Assembly: GCA_963702425.1 (NCBI GenBank)
Contig: CAVPCQ010000023.1
Location: 17,035-81,034 of the forward strand
Length of the DNA stretch: 64,000 bases
From: an uncultured Acidobacteriota bacterium
GTDB taxonomy: Bacteria > Acidobacteriota > Polarisedimenticolia > J045
Direction of reading: 5' to 3'
The position numbers were made by a program, and so were the translations under genes. Below are positions 41,277 through 52,100 of this stretch, one piece after another; position 1 is the first letter of the stretch, and every line of letters begins with the position of its first letter. A model generated the notes under the pieces. That model made no database searches and was not told the DNA's origin. It saw only the letters and a program-made list of their open reading frames with translations.

Positions 41277-42392
41277 GGAGGCCGTGCGAGGGTCTGCCGC
41301 AGCCTGGGCCTTGCTAGCGCGCGCACCCGCCGCCGCTCTCCTCGCGCCCCTCTCCCGCGCTCCCACGGCCGTAGTTGCCCGAGAGGCCGTTCGGCCGCAC
41401 GAGATAGAACCACGCCGTTCCCGGCTCCGGCTGCTGCCAGTCGATAGCGAGCGCGTCGGTGATGTCGTCGGCCAAGCAGCGCGTCGCACCGAGGTCGACC
41501 CACCCGTCACGGAGCACGAGCGCGGTCACGCCACCCTGAATCACGTCGTAGAAAAGGTTGTTCGCGGCGGGATCCCAAGTGAACGTATCGTTGTCGAGGA
41601 ACCGCAGTTCATTCACTGCGGCCGCCGGAACTCCGGGCGCGGTGAGTACGGCGTCGAGCTGCGGCACCCAGCCGCCGAAATAGGTCCGATCAGCGAGTTC
41701 CATCATCGCGGGAATCGCCAGTTCCTCGCGCTCGACCTGGCTCGGGACCTCGAGTTCGTCCATCTGGCCGACGGGAGGGGCCATCCCGGCGGGAGCGTCA
41801 GGATAGCCGGCCGGGACCGATCCGTTCCACGCTTCGTAGTAGCTCGCGTCAGGCTGTATTCGACGCCAGAGTCCCGACGCCGCGAGGCCGTCCTGCTCGA
41901 TCCGAGCCTCGAGGTGATCGGCGGTAACGAAGTAGTGGGGAACCGCGTCGAAGGAGGTGATCGTCCGCGTCGCATCGGCGTACGCGGCGAGACGGTGCAG
42001 GTGGTCGTTCGCGGTACGCGCAGCGTGGAACGGTACAGCCTGCGCCAGGCGGGCGACCCACGCCGGCCACGCGACGAGTGTGGCAGTTCCGGCGATCGTG
42101 ATCACCCGATCCGGGATCGTGATCACTGATTCCGCTGATGGTGATCACGCGTCGGAGCGAAGCGACGGTCGGTTCGTTCTAGTTTCGCCTCCTGTCAAGC
42201 CTCGGCAGATTCTAACGCGGGATCCCGATCGGTTGAAGGCTGGGTGGCAGCAGGGCCTGTGGGGCCTGCGGGCGGCGCGGCCGTTCGCGCCGTCCAAGGG
42301 GCGGTGGGAAACGCGACGTCATGCGTTTTCCACGGACCCGCCAGGATCCATAGGCCGTCGCGCGTCAGCGCGAGTTCGGAGCGCAGCGACGA

Positions 42393-43148
42393 TCATCGGG
42401 TCTTGTCTCCGCCACGGATCGGACTGCGGAGCTCGCGTTGCGAGGGCCCTTTGAGATCGATCTTGTGCGCGCGGTGGACCAGGCGATCCAGGATGGCGTC
42501 TGCGAGCATCGCTTCGCCGATCACCTCGTGCCAGGCTTTGATCGGGAGCTGACCGGCCAGGAGCGTCGAGCCACGCTCGGCGCGGTCCTCGATCACCTCG
42601 AGCAGGTCGCGGCGCTCGGCGTCCTGGAGCGGCGAGAGCAGCCAGTCGTCGATCACCAGCAGATCGAGCTTGGCGAGCCGGGCGAGCAGGCGCCCGGACG
42701 AGCCGTCGCCGCGGGCGACGGCTAGGGCCTGGATCAGGCGCGGGGCGCGGACGTATTGGGCGGTAAAGCCCTTGCGGCACGCTCGCTCGCCGAAAGCGCA
42801 GGCCAGGTAGGACTTTCCCGATCCGGTCGGGCCGGTGATGATCAGGTTGTGCCGCTCGGTGATCCAGGTGCAGGTGCCGAGCGCGAGCAGCACCTGGCGA
42901 TCCAGGCCGCGCCCGGGCTTGACCTCGACGTCCTCGAGTGCGGCGTCGTAGCGCAGCCGCGCCAGCTTGAGCCGCCGCGTCAGCTTGCGCTGCTCGCGCT
43001 GGGTCCACTCGTGGTCGACCAGCAGACCGAAGCGCTCTTCGAAGCTGAGCGCGACGTGTGTGGTGTCGTGTTGCTGCCGGTCGAAGGCCTCGGCCATGCC
43101 GTGCAGGTTCATCGCCTGGAGCTTGTCGATCGTGGGTTGGGTCAGCAT
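42393..43148 (-). CDS. istB: IS21 helper ATPase
   Basis: LSFEERFGLLVD, GPTGSGKS, LLVIDDW, ADAILDRLVH. Confidence 0.95.
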   Translation of the reverse strand: MLTQPTIDKLQAMNLHGMAEAFDRQQHDTTHVALSFEERFGLLVDHEWTQREQRKLTRRLKLARLRYDAALEDVEVKPGRGLDRQVLLALGTCTWITERHNLIITGPTGSGKSYLACAFGERACRKGFTAQYVRAPRLIQALAVARGDGSSGRLLARLAKLDLLVIDDWLLSPLQDAERRDLLEVIEDRAERGSTLLAGQLPIKAWHEVIGEAMLADAILDRLVHRAHKIDLKGPSQRELRSPIRGGDKTR

Positions 43149-44707
43149 TCGGTCTCCTGGGACGCGTAGTAGTCCGCGCCACGGATGTTGGGATGGCCTT
43201 GCGGGGGAGGTGACGGAGCCAGCGACTCGTCCGCGATCGGGACACGGTCGAGACCGGCTTGCAGGATGTTGTGCACGGTCTTGAAGCTCACGGCGGCGAG
43301 ACGCTCGGCCCGCGCACAGGCCGCCTCGAGACGGCCGTCGCCGTGCTTCTTGCCGAGACGCATCAGGCCCAGGCAGGCCCGATAGCCCTGCTCGGGGTGG
43401 GGCCTCGAGCGCAGGATCTGCTCGACCACGCGCCCCGTGGCCGGGCCGCTCTTCTCGGCCCAGTGGATCAGCCGCGAGGGCGTCCACTCGGCGTGGGCAC
43501 GATGGGACGCGGGCATGTGCTCGGGGTAGGTCGAGCTCTGGCCGCGGCCCCGTAACCGCCGGTGCGACGTGATCCGGCGGCCGTTGTGGAAGACTTCGAC
43601 GACGTCGGCGGTAAGGCGGGCGTCGACCTGCTCGTAGAGCAGCGTGTACGGCACGCTGTAGGTGTTGTATTCGATCGCGATGTGGTAGTCGATGCTGACC
43701 CGACAGGTCTTCCACTGGCCCAGCTCGTAGCGCCGAGGTGGCAGCGGCTTGAGTGCCGGCCGGTCGAGCTGCTCGAACAGCTCGCGGCGGCTGACACCCA
43801 GGGCGCGGATCCGCCGCTCGTTGAGTTGTCCGGTCAACTCCCGAATCGCCGCGTTCAGCTCGTGCAGGCTGAAGAAGATCCGATGCCGCAGCACCGCCAG
43901 GATCCAGCGCTCCGCCAGCAGCACCCCCGCTTCGACCTTGGCCTTGTCCTTCGGCCGATAGCTCCGCGCCGGGATCACCGCCGTCCCGTAATGCGCCGCC
44001 ATCTCGCCGTAGCTGCGGTTGACCTCCGGCTCGTAACGACACGGCGTCGTCACCCCGCTCTTCAAGTTGTCGGGGACCAGCATCTCCGGGGCTCCGCCCC
44101 AGGCCTCGAACATGTGGACGTGCGCGCGGATCCACGGCTCCAGCTCCTGCGATTCCACCGCCTCGGCGTAGGTCTCACTGCTCGCCCCCAGCACCCCGAC
44201 GAACAACTCCACTTCGCGCACGGCGCCCGTCGCGGGGTCAACGAGCCGCGGCTTGCTCCCGGCGAAGTCGACGAAGGCCTTCTCGCCCGCCCGATGGACC
44301 TGCCGCATGCTCGGCTTGAGCCGCGCGGCGAAGCGTCGATACAACTCGCAGAATTGGCTGTAGCGATAGTGATTCACCGGGTGCGCCGCGGCGTACTCGC
44401 CCCACAGCAGCTGCAGCGTCACGTGCTTGCGCCGCAGCTCCTGATGCACCCAGGTCCAGTCGGGGGGCGCCCGCTCGACCTCCACGCCCGGGGCCGGCGG
44501 GAACAGCCGCACCGTCAACGCCGCGTCGTCCAACTCCTCCGGCAGCGGCCAGGACAGACCGGCCGCCTGGGCGCGCCGGACGTAGGCGCAGACCGTACCC
44601 GTGCCGATCCCTGCCGACCGCGCGATCTCACGGTGCGTCAGCCGGCACTCCCATTTCAGTCGCAGGATCTCGCGCAACTTCCTCATCAGCAGCCTCTCGC
44701 CAGCCAT
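43142..44707 (-). CDS. istA: IS21 transposase
   Basis: YRYSQFC, AGEKAFVDFAG, VPDNLKSGV, RPKDKAKVE. Confidence 0.95.
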   Translation of the reverse strand: MAGERLLMRKLREILRLKWECRLTHREIARSAGIGTGTVCAYVRRAQAAGLSWPLPEELDDAALTVRLFPPAPGVEVERAPPDWTWVHQELRRKHVTLQLLWGEYAAAHPVNHYRYSQFCELYRRFAARLKPSMRQVHRAGEKAFVDFAGSKPRLVDPATGAVREVELFVGVLGASSETYAEAVESQELEPWIRAHVHMFEAWGGAPEMLVPDNLKSGVTTPCRYEPEVNRSYGEMAAHYGTAVIPARSYRPKDKAKVEAGVLLAERWILAVLRHRIFFSLHELNAAIRELTGQLNERRIRALGVSRRELFEQLDRPALKPLPPRRYELGQWKTCRVSIDYHIAIEYNTYSVPYTLLYEQVDARLTADVVEVFHNGRRITSHRRLRGRGQSSTYPEHMPASHRAHAEWTPSRLIHWAEKSGPATGRVVEQILRSRPHPEQGYRACLGLMRLGKKHGDGRLEAACARAERLAAVSFKTVHNILQAGLDRVPIADESLAPSPPPQGHPNIRGADYYASQETEC

Positions 44708-46153
44708 CGGCCCCTCCGCAAAAGGGCCAGATTGACCGCGTTCGCTGCCGACGCCTACCAGTGATCACGATGCCCGGAATCCCTGATCACGATCCCGGAA
44801 TCCCTGATCAGGATCCCGGAATCAGCGATCACGATCCCCGGAACCGGTGATCACGATCCCGGAATCCCTGATCACGATGCCCCGGAATGAGCGATCACGA
44901 TGGTCCGGAACGCCAACGAGTGGGAAGATCTCCGCGTGAGCCTCCAGCCAGCGTGTGGCGGGCCGGGAGTAGTGGATCGTCAGGTTGCACGCGGCGTCCC
45001 ATTCCTCGGCCGGGTTCTGGATCGGCCAGTCCTCCATCGGCTCGATCAGGCCGTCGTAGTCGACATCGGGGCAGGATCGCTGGAGGGGGCGGCTGTCATA
45101 GCGGCCGTTTCCATTGCCGTCGAAGTAGAGGAGACCGTTCCGCGTGACGCTCCCGCAGCGGCCCGAAGCGTCGGTCAGGGTGCCGGCCTGGAGCGGATCC
45201 CAGCGCAGACTGGAGTAGTCGATTGCCACCTCGCCGTAGGCGTAGTCGCGCTCGGGAACGTAGCGCGGGTTCCGGCCCTCGTTCCCGGGGTGTCCGTCAC
45301 CGTCCGCGTCGAGCGTGGCGTCGCAGTCGAGGCTCACATTGCCGATCTCCGAGGTGCGAACCTGGTCGCTGCCGACGCCCTCCCAGAAGGACACCCAGCG
45401 GACCGCGCCGGCGAACTCGTCCGGCCAGGAGTCGAGGACGACGGGCGTGATCGCCGTCCCGTTCGAGATGGCATCAATGCCCATGGCGGCGGTGAGAACG
45501 GGGCGCCCAACCACGTCGTGGATGGTACGGCCGATCGAGTCCGTGCTCCGACCGAGCGCGAAGCGCCAGACGTCGCGAGCCGCAAGCGCGGACAGCGGAC
45601 CCCGGTCGTCGTAGGTCCCACCGCTGCAAACGTCCTCGTCGCAACCGCCGGGGTAGATGAACTGCACCACGACGAATCCTGCCCGGTCGGCGAGCGCGGT
45701 GAAGTCGTGCAGCTTTCCCGTGCCCGCGCCGCCGAGCATCGCCACGACGACCGGCGGACCGTCAGGGTAGCGGTCGAGTCCGGGCACGTGCGGCCACTGC
45801 GGGTAGACCCCCAACGTTCCGCCGGCGGCGGAAGAAGGCAACTGTACGGTCGCGGACCCTGCGGCGAGAGCCTCGAGCGGCGTCGGGCCGAAGACCAGCG
45901 CTGCCGCGACGCCGAGCCCGTCGACGAGTCCACGCGATGCCGGCCGGAGCATGTTGCCTCCCCCGCTCGAGGCGTTTCGCCCGCGATCGCTCCGTGAAAC
46001 CCAGCGCGTGCCCCGTTCCCCCGTTTCGCCGGGCCTCAGCGATCTGGCAAGGCATGCACCCCGCGAACGAGTGCTGCCTGATGGGGTTGATGTCCTGACG
46101 TGGCTTACCGGACACGAGGCGCCTCTTCGCCGCAGGCGCGCCTGCCGGGGAAC

Positions 46154-46593
46154 CTACCCGCCGAAGACCAGCGGGTCCGGGATCTCGAACCGCTCGGTGC
46201 CGATCCTGATGATGGTCAGGTTGCCGTTCCGCTCGAACGTGCTGCCGTCCTTGGAGTCCGACGAGGTCGGCTTGCCGTTCTCGAAGTAGATGTAGCGCTC
46301 GCCGCCTCCCTAGCGCGTGGGATCTGGGCCTTGGCGGACGGTGCAGGGGCGACCTCGGGGGCCGCTGCCGCATCGCCCGTCACCCTCACACTCAGCGTGT
46401 AGTTGGCTGTCTCGTTCCACCGCGCGGCGTTGCGCATCAGGTGGATCCGGATCGTGGTGGGGCCGCAGGCCGGCAGCACGCCTTTGAACTCGTTGCCCTC
46501 CGACGAGCCCACGAACATCGACTCGTCCGTACCGGGAGCCGTCACGTTGAAGTACGCCGATGCATTGGTCGGCCTGAAGCTCACCGTCATCAT
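46154..46593 (-). pseudogene. Fragmented secreted protein gene (PPC-like domain plus conserved tail)
   Basis: YFNVTAPG..MFVGS..LMRNAAR..ANYTL and, in another frame, YIYFENG..ERFEIPDPLVFGG; no signal peptide. Confidence 0.55.
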
Positions 46594-46744
46594 CTGCCCC
46601 GCGTTCGCCAGGCCGGCGGTCCGAGCGCTGCAGCGCCAGCCTCCCGGATACGGCGTGGCGGCGCCGGCGCCGCGGGACGGAGCGCTTCGGACAGGGCCGG
46701 CCGCGTGCTACCCTCGCTCGCGACCCCTCTCGGAGCCGCGCACC

Positions 46745-47422
46745 GTGGATTTCCTCAAGATCATCCGCTCGCTCGAGGAGCTGCTCTACGAGGTCATGAC
46801 CTGGCTCGTCTTCTACCCGCGGACGATGTGGCGGATCGTGGTCCACCCGCTGGCGACGACGGTCTACTCGGAGCATGAGCAGACGGACACCGCGACCGAG
46901 CAGTACACCGACACGCTGAGCCCGCCGCTGCTGCTGATGCTGACGCTCCTGATCTCGCACGGGCTGGCGCTGGGCCTGGGCGCCAAGACGCTGGAGACCG
47001 ACTCGGCGATCGGAAAGACGTTGTTCGGCTCGGCGCAGAACCTCCTGATGCTGCGGGCGCTCGCCTTCAGCATCTTCCCGCTCACCGCTGCGACGACGCT
47101 GCTGCGACGGCGACGCCTCGCGATCGACCGCACGACCCTGCGCGGCCCGTTCTTCAGCCAGTGCTACTTGACGGCGCCGTTCGCGCTGGCGGTCTCGTCG
47201 GGGATGGTGCTGATGCGCTCGCAGGCCGGGGCCGCGAAGCCGGCCGGGGCGGCGGTCGCGCTGCTGGGGCTCGCGTGGTACCTGGCGGTCGAGACGCGCT
47301 GGTTCCAGCGGCAACTGGAACTGCCGGCAGGCCGGGCCCTGCTGGTCGGGCTCTGGGCCTTCGCGCGGGCGGCGTTCTACTGGTTCGTGCTGGGTGCGGC
47401 GCTCGTGGCGGTGATGGGGTGA
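46745..47422 (+). CDS. Hypothetical multi-TM membrane protein
   Basis: DFLKIIRSLEELLYEVMTWLVFYPRT, LSPPLLL, FFSQCY; several TMs. Confidence 0.75.
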   Translation: MDFLKIIRSLEELLYEVMTWLVFYPRTMWRIVVHPLATTVYSEHEQTDTATEQYTDTLSPPLLLMLTLLISHGLALGLGAKTLETDSAIGKTLFGSAQNLLMLRALAFSIFPLTAATTLLRRRRLAIDRTTLRGPFFSQCYLTAPFALAVSSGMVLMRSQAGAAKPAGAAVALLGLAWYLAVETRWFQRQLELPAGRALLVGLWAFARAAFYWFVLGAALVAVMG

Positions 47423-47527
47423 GCCGGGGACGGATTGACGCGACAAGAGCGCCGCCTGACGAGGCGTTCCAGGCGCCGGGCTGCGATGCGGACCGTTCGG
47501 ACTTGGAAGCACAGTGAGGAGAGCACG

Positions 47528-47872
47528 ATGAGCAACGAACGGGTGGCGCCTGGGACGAAGGGTGTTTCGGTGAAGTTGCTTGCAACGGTTGACCTCGGGC
47601 CTGAGATCGAGGGCATGGCAGGCCGCCAACTTCGAATGCGCATGGTGACCATCGAGCCTGGGGGCGTCTTCGGCCCGATTCACGACCACAAGGGCAGACC
47701 CGGCACCGTGTACATACTGCAGGGAACGGTCACCGACCATCGAGATGGAATCGCTACGGACTATGGGCCGGGAGTGGGCTGGCCTGAGGATCGGAACACC
47801 ACACACTGGCTCGAGAACAGAGGAGCGATTCCGGCGGTGGAGATCTCGGTCGATATCGTCAGGCAGGAGTAG
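47528..47872 (+). CDS. Cupin domain protein
   Basis: TIEPGG..HDH..YILQG..HWLENRG; RBS GAGGAG. Confidence 0.88.
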   Translation: MSNERVAPGTKGVSVKLLATVDLGPEIEGMAGRQLRMRMVTIEPGGVFGPIHDHKGRPGTVYILQGTVTDHRDGIATDYGPGVGWPEDRNTTHWLENRGAIPAVEISVDIVRQE

Positions 47873-47972
47873 ACCGGGCCCCGAGATCCACAACGGTGCC
47901 TTGCGGCCTTGCCGGGTCATGGGTTTTCTGCCGAGTCGGTCTACCGTCCCTCAGAAGGGCGAGGCTCCTCCA

Positions 47973-48878
47973 CTATCGGACGGACAGGCCCTCGGTCTGG
48001 TAGATGAGCACGGGCTGGGCGAAGGTCGACCGCAGGATCTCGATCACCTCGCAGGATGCGACCGGCTCGCCGTTGACCTTCGCTGCCTCGTAACGGTCGC
48101 GCACCAGGGATGGCAGCGCATGCGTCGCGGTGGACTCGCTGGCCTTGCCATCGAGGACCAGCAGGGGATCGACGACCCGCCCGTCGCGCGTGACGACGAA
48201 CCGAATCAGGATCGACTCGTCGACCTGCCGCGTGAGGTCCGGCCTGGGTCCGCCGGCTTTGTCTTTCGACGGGAGCGCCGTGGCCGGCACGAAGCCGGCG
48301 CGGTCGCGCACCGCACACGGCCCGGCCGCGTTGCCCGTCAGACCGTCAGCGTCGCAGGGCCCCGCGACGAGCGTCCCGATCACGCGGCGCCGCTTACTGT
48401 CTGCGACGACGAATGCGCGGGCTTCCCCGTCGGCCATCGCGATCGTCAGCGCACGGTCGGCCTTGGGGAGCGAGGTTCGCTCGAGGACCGGCGCGTGTCG
48501 GCCCGGTTCCCCGGCGGCGGCGGGGACGTGGAATTCGAAGCGCTCGTTGCCGCGCCCGGGTACGTGGCCGGAGACCTCGAGCGCCTCGCTCTGCGGCGCG
48601 GCGAACAGGAAGCCCCACCCAAGAGCCGCCGGCTTCTCGCCGCCGAACCGCGTGGCAAGGGCCTGCAGCGCCGCGGCGTCGAGCCACGGCGAGGGGATGG
48701 GCACCACGGCCTGGGCCCGGTCGCCGAGCGGCGCCGTCGGCGTGATCTCGATCAGGCGCAGCTCGTAACCGCGACCGCCCGGCGCGCAGACGACCGGCGC
48801 GGGACGCGGCTCAGCGGCCAGGGCGGCGAAACAGGCGAACACGACGCCGAGGGGCAGAGCGGCGATTCGGCGAGGCAT
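47973..48878 (-). CDS. Secreted protein with TonB C-terminal-like domain
   Basis: Signal peptide; IRFVVTRDGRV..RYEAAKVNGEPV. Confidence 0.6.
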   Translation of the reverse strand: MPRRIAALPLGVVFACFAALAAEPRPAPVVCAPGGRGYELRLIEITPTAPLGDRAQAVVPIPSPWLDAAALQALATRFGGEKPAALGWGFLFAAPQSEALEVSGHVPGRGNERFEFHVPAAAGEPGRHAPVLERTSLPKADRALTIAMADGEARAFVVADSKRRRVIGTLVAGPCDADGLTGNAAGPCAVRDRAGFVPATALPSKDKAGGPRPDLTRQVDESILIRFVVTRDGRVVDPLLVLDGKASESTATHALPSLVRDRYEAAKVNGEPVASCEVIEILRSTFAQPVLIYQTEGLSVR

Positions 48879-49100
48879 GGCGGCACCCCCGGTCCATGAT
48901 AGTCGAGCCGGCAGCAGGCCGAAACGAAGGGCCGACGCCGCGGCCGCACCCCGCGAGCATCGTCACGCAGAGCCAAAGGGAGATGCGAGAAGGGTCTGGG
49001 GGCGGCGTGAACGCATGGCCCACCTCCCGGTCGGCGGAGTCTCCGGGTCCTCCACGTCAGCGTCGGGCCGCGGGTTGGGACCCTGCGGGGCGCGCTACGG

Positions 49101-52100
49101 TCACGGGCACGCACTCGGCGAAGCGTCGATCTCCGCGTCGCGCGAACCCACCTGTCCGCCCCCCGGCGCGTCGTAGGTCAGCGGGCCGGATCCCAGTTCG
49201 GCCCGCACCAGGAACCAGAACCCCGCGCCCGCCGCCGGCGCCGCGCCGTGCGGCCACGTCGTCGCCGTCGTGTCATTGACGACACAACTGTCGACCGCGG
49301 CAGTGAAGTCGCCCCCCGTGTCCTGCAGGACGATCAGGCTGCCGCGGACGACGTCGTAACCGATGGCGTCGTAGGCCGCGGTCCAGACCAGGTCCGTCGC
49401 GGTGAGCGTCAGGACGATCCCCTCGCACTCGTCCGGGACGCCGTTGGCGTTGCGGTCCACGCTGGTTCCGTCCGCCACGTCGCAGCTGTCGTTGCGCCCG
49501 TTCCCGTTGCAGTCGGACTCGCACTCGTCGGGCCGTTGGTCGGCGTCGCAGTCCTCGCTGGTCCCGTCCGCCAGGTCGCACTCGTCGGGCCGCGCGTTGA
49601 GGTTGCAGTCCGTCGCGTTCCGGCAGGCGTTGCGGATGATCGCCAGGATCCCGGCGGCCAGGTCCTCGTCCGGCAGCTGCGAGGAAAAGACCTCGCCACC
49701 CGTCGCGTCGGCGAGGGACTGCGCCAGCGCGCGCACCGCGGTCGACGTGCCCGTGCCGGTGATCGGGGACACGACCACGTGGCTGGCGACGGAGGTCTGG
49801 ATCGCGTGCGTGATCGAGTCGCGGTCGACACCGGGATCCGAAGCCGGATCGCCGCACCACGGCCCCTCGTCGCTGATCGGAATGACCAGCCGTACCGACT
49901 CCGTCGGCCACGGCTTGTTCCCCGCGACGACCGAGGTGGCCCGCCCCCAGTCCTCGGATCCGACTTCGACCCCGCCCGGGCAGGCTCCCAGCGTCTCGTT
50001 GTTCGGCGGCGGGTCGCCGGGAACCGTCGTACCGTAGAGGTTGGCCACGCTGCCGGTCAGGCAGGAGAACTGCCCCGTCCCCGCCTGCATGATCCCCAGC
50101 AGCTCCGACTCGACGTCCACGAGCTGCTCGGCCAGCTCGCCCGCCACCGCGCTGATGCTGGCGCAGAGGGCGGCCCCCTCGTCGGTCATCGACGTCGAGG
50201 TGTCCATCACGAACACGACCTTCACCGGCGGACAGAGCGGGCACTCGTCCGGCCGGTCGTCGGAGTTGCAGTCCCCGCTGGTTCCGGCGTCGATGTCGCA
50301 GGCGTCCAGCACGCCGTTCCGGTTGCAGTCGCTCGCCGTGGCGGAGGCCAAGTCGCAGGCGTCGGGACGCAGGTCGCCGTCGCAGTCAGGCTGGGCCGCG
50401 TACGAGACCGCGATCGTCACGTAGGAACCCTCGCACTCGAATGCTCCCACGCTGGAGTCGGCGGTGAGCGTGAAGACCGCGTCCCCGGACAGAACGAGCG
50501 CGTTGTAGGCGGATGCCGCCAGCTCGACGGAATCGGAGATCACGGTGCAGAACGACGACGCGGTGTCGAAGACCCGGCCCAGGCTCGATCCGTTGAGCGA
50601 GACGTCCAGCGACTCGGTCGTCGCGTCGAAGTCGCCGCGGCCCGTGACCGTCACGGTCACGGTTCCGGTGGCGGCGGGCGGACGGATCAGCGTGAAGGAC
50701 TGCGGGGTGCCGCTGCCGATCGGCGCACGCGGGGGCGACTGCTCGGCCAGCGTAGTGACGGCCAGGTCGCACTCGTCGGGCCGGGTGTTGGCGTTGCAGT
50801 CGGCACTGCTGGCGCTGGCGATGTCGCAGGCGTCAGCAACCGCGTTGCCGTTGCAGTCGGGCTGGCAGGTGTCGGGCACGCCGTCCGCGTTGCAGTCCGC
50901 CGCGCCCCCGGCGATGTCGCACGCGTCGGGGATCCCGTTCCCAGTGCAGTCGGCGCCGGCGACGGCGGTCACCTGGCAGAGATCCGGGAGCCCGTCGGCG
51001 TCGCAGTCGGCGAGCGGCTCGCAGGCGTCGAGCCCGCCGCTCTCGTTGCAGTCGCGATCGACCAGGTGGATCGCGCCGATCGCGTCGAGGTCGAAGCCGG
51101 TGCTCGAGCCCGAGCCTCCCGTCCCCGCGCCGTCGAGTTTCACGAAGCGGGCCCGGCGCACCCCGGCGTAGGCCAGGTCGTACGAGCGCCGGAAGAGGAT
51201 GCCCCCGTGCGCGGCGTCGCCGGCGATCCGGACGCCGGCCACCATCGACCCGGTGATGTCCTGGAACGACACGCCGTCGTCGCTCACCAGGACGCTGACC
51301 GTGTCGAACTCGTCGGCGCCGCTGTCGACCTCGTAGACGGTGAGGTCCGGGCCGGGGCCGTCGACGATCCGCCCGCAGGTCCACTCGTAGGTCACGATCT
51401 GCCCGCCGAGGCCCCAGAAGACGTCGTCCGGCGGACCGACGAGGCGGGACGCGTCGGCGGTGGTCGTGTTCTGCGCCAGGCGAACCGGGAACGGGCAGCC
51501 CGCGCCGGCCGCCGCCAGGTCGCACTCGTCGGGGATGCCGTTCGCGTCGCAGTCGGCACTCGCCCCGCCGGGGGCGATGTCGCAGGGATCGGCGACGCCG
51601 TTGCTGTTGCAGTCGGGCTGGCACTCGTCGGGGATCGCGTTCGCGTCGCAATCGGTGCTGGTGCCGGAGGCGACGTCGCACTCGTCGGGCTGCCCGTTGG
51701 CGTTGCAGTCCGGGCTCAGGCCGGTCTCGACGTCGTAGTCGTCGGGGTAACCGTTGCCGTTGCAGTCGGCCTCGCAGCCGTCCAGCACACCGTTGTCGTT
51801 CAGGTCCAGGCCCGGGGCCGCGTCGATCTGGCAGTGGTCGATGCCGCCGCCGGCGTCGCAGTCCACCGAGGTGTCGTAGGACAGGTCGGCCTCGATCCAG
51901 CTCTCCGGGCACTCCTGCTTGTTGACGGCGCTGCTGGCGACGAAGCGGAGGACGGCGTCGCCGTTGGCGACCGCGTCGTTGAAGATGACGGGGTCGATGA
52001 CCAGCGTGCCGACCGACGCGCCGCACTGGACGCCGCCGGACTCGAAGACGCGGCCGAGCGGCACGCCGTTGAGGTCGACGCTGACGTACTCGTCCGCGGC

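Larger units (their letters stand above)
42081..44915 (-). mobile_element. IS21-family insertion sequence
   Basis: TG...CA ends, multiple gatcacgatcccggaa subterminal repeats, 7-bp TSD ACGAGTG at 42074-42080 and 44916-44922. Confidence 0.95.
41314..45952 (-). pseudogene. Secreted alpha/beta-hydrolase-like protein (598 aa when reconstructed) disrupted by IS21
   Basis: Removing 42081-44915 and one TSD joins ..EIFPLV|AWPAWV.. in frame; signal peptide, AISNG elbow-like motif, conserved C-terminal domain. Confidence 0.75.

Noticed and set aside
44762-44910. Short tandem repeats resembling a CRISPR array
   Set aside because: No unique spacers; these are IS21 subterminal transposase-binding repeats, mirrored at 42088-42150
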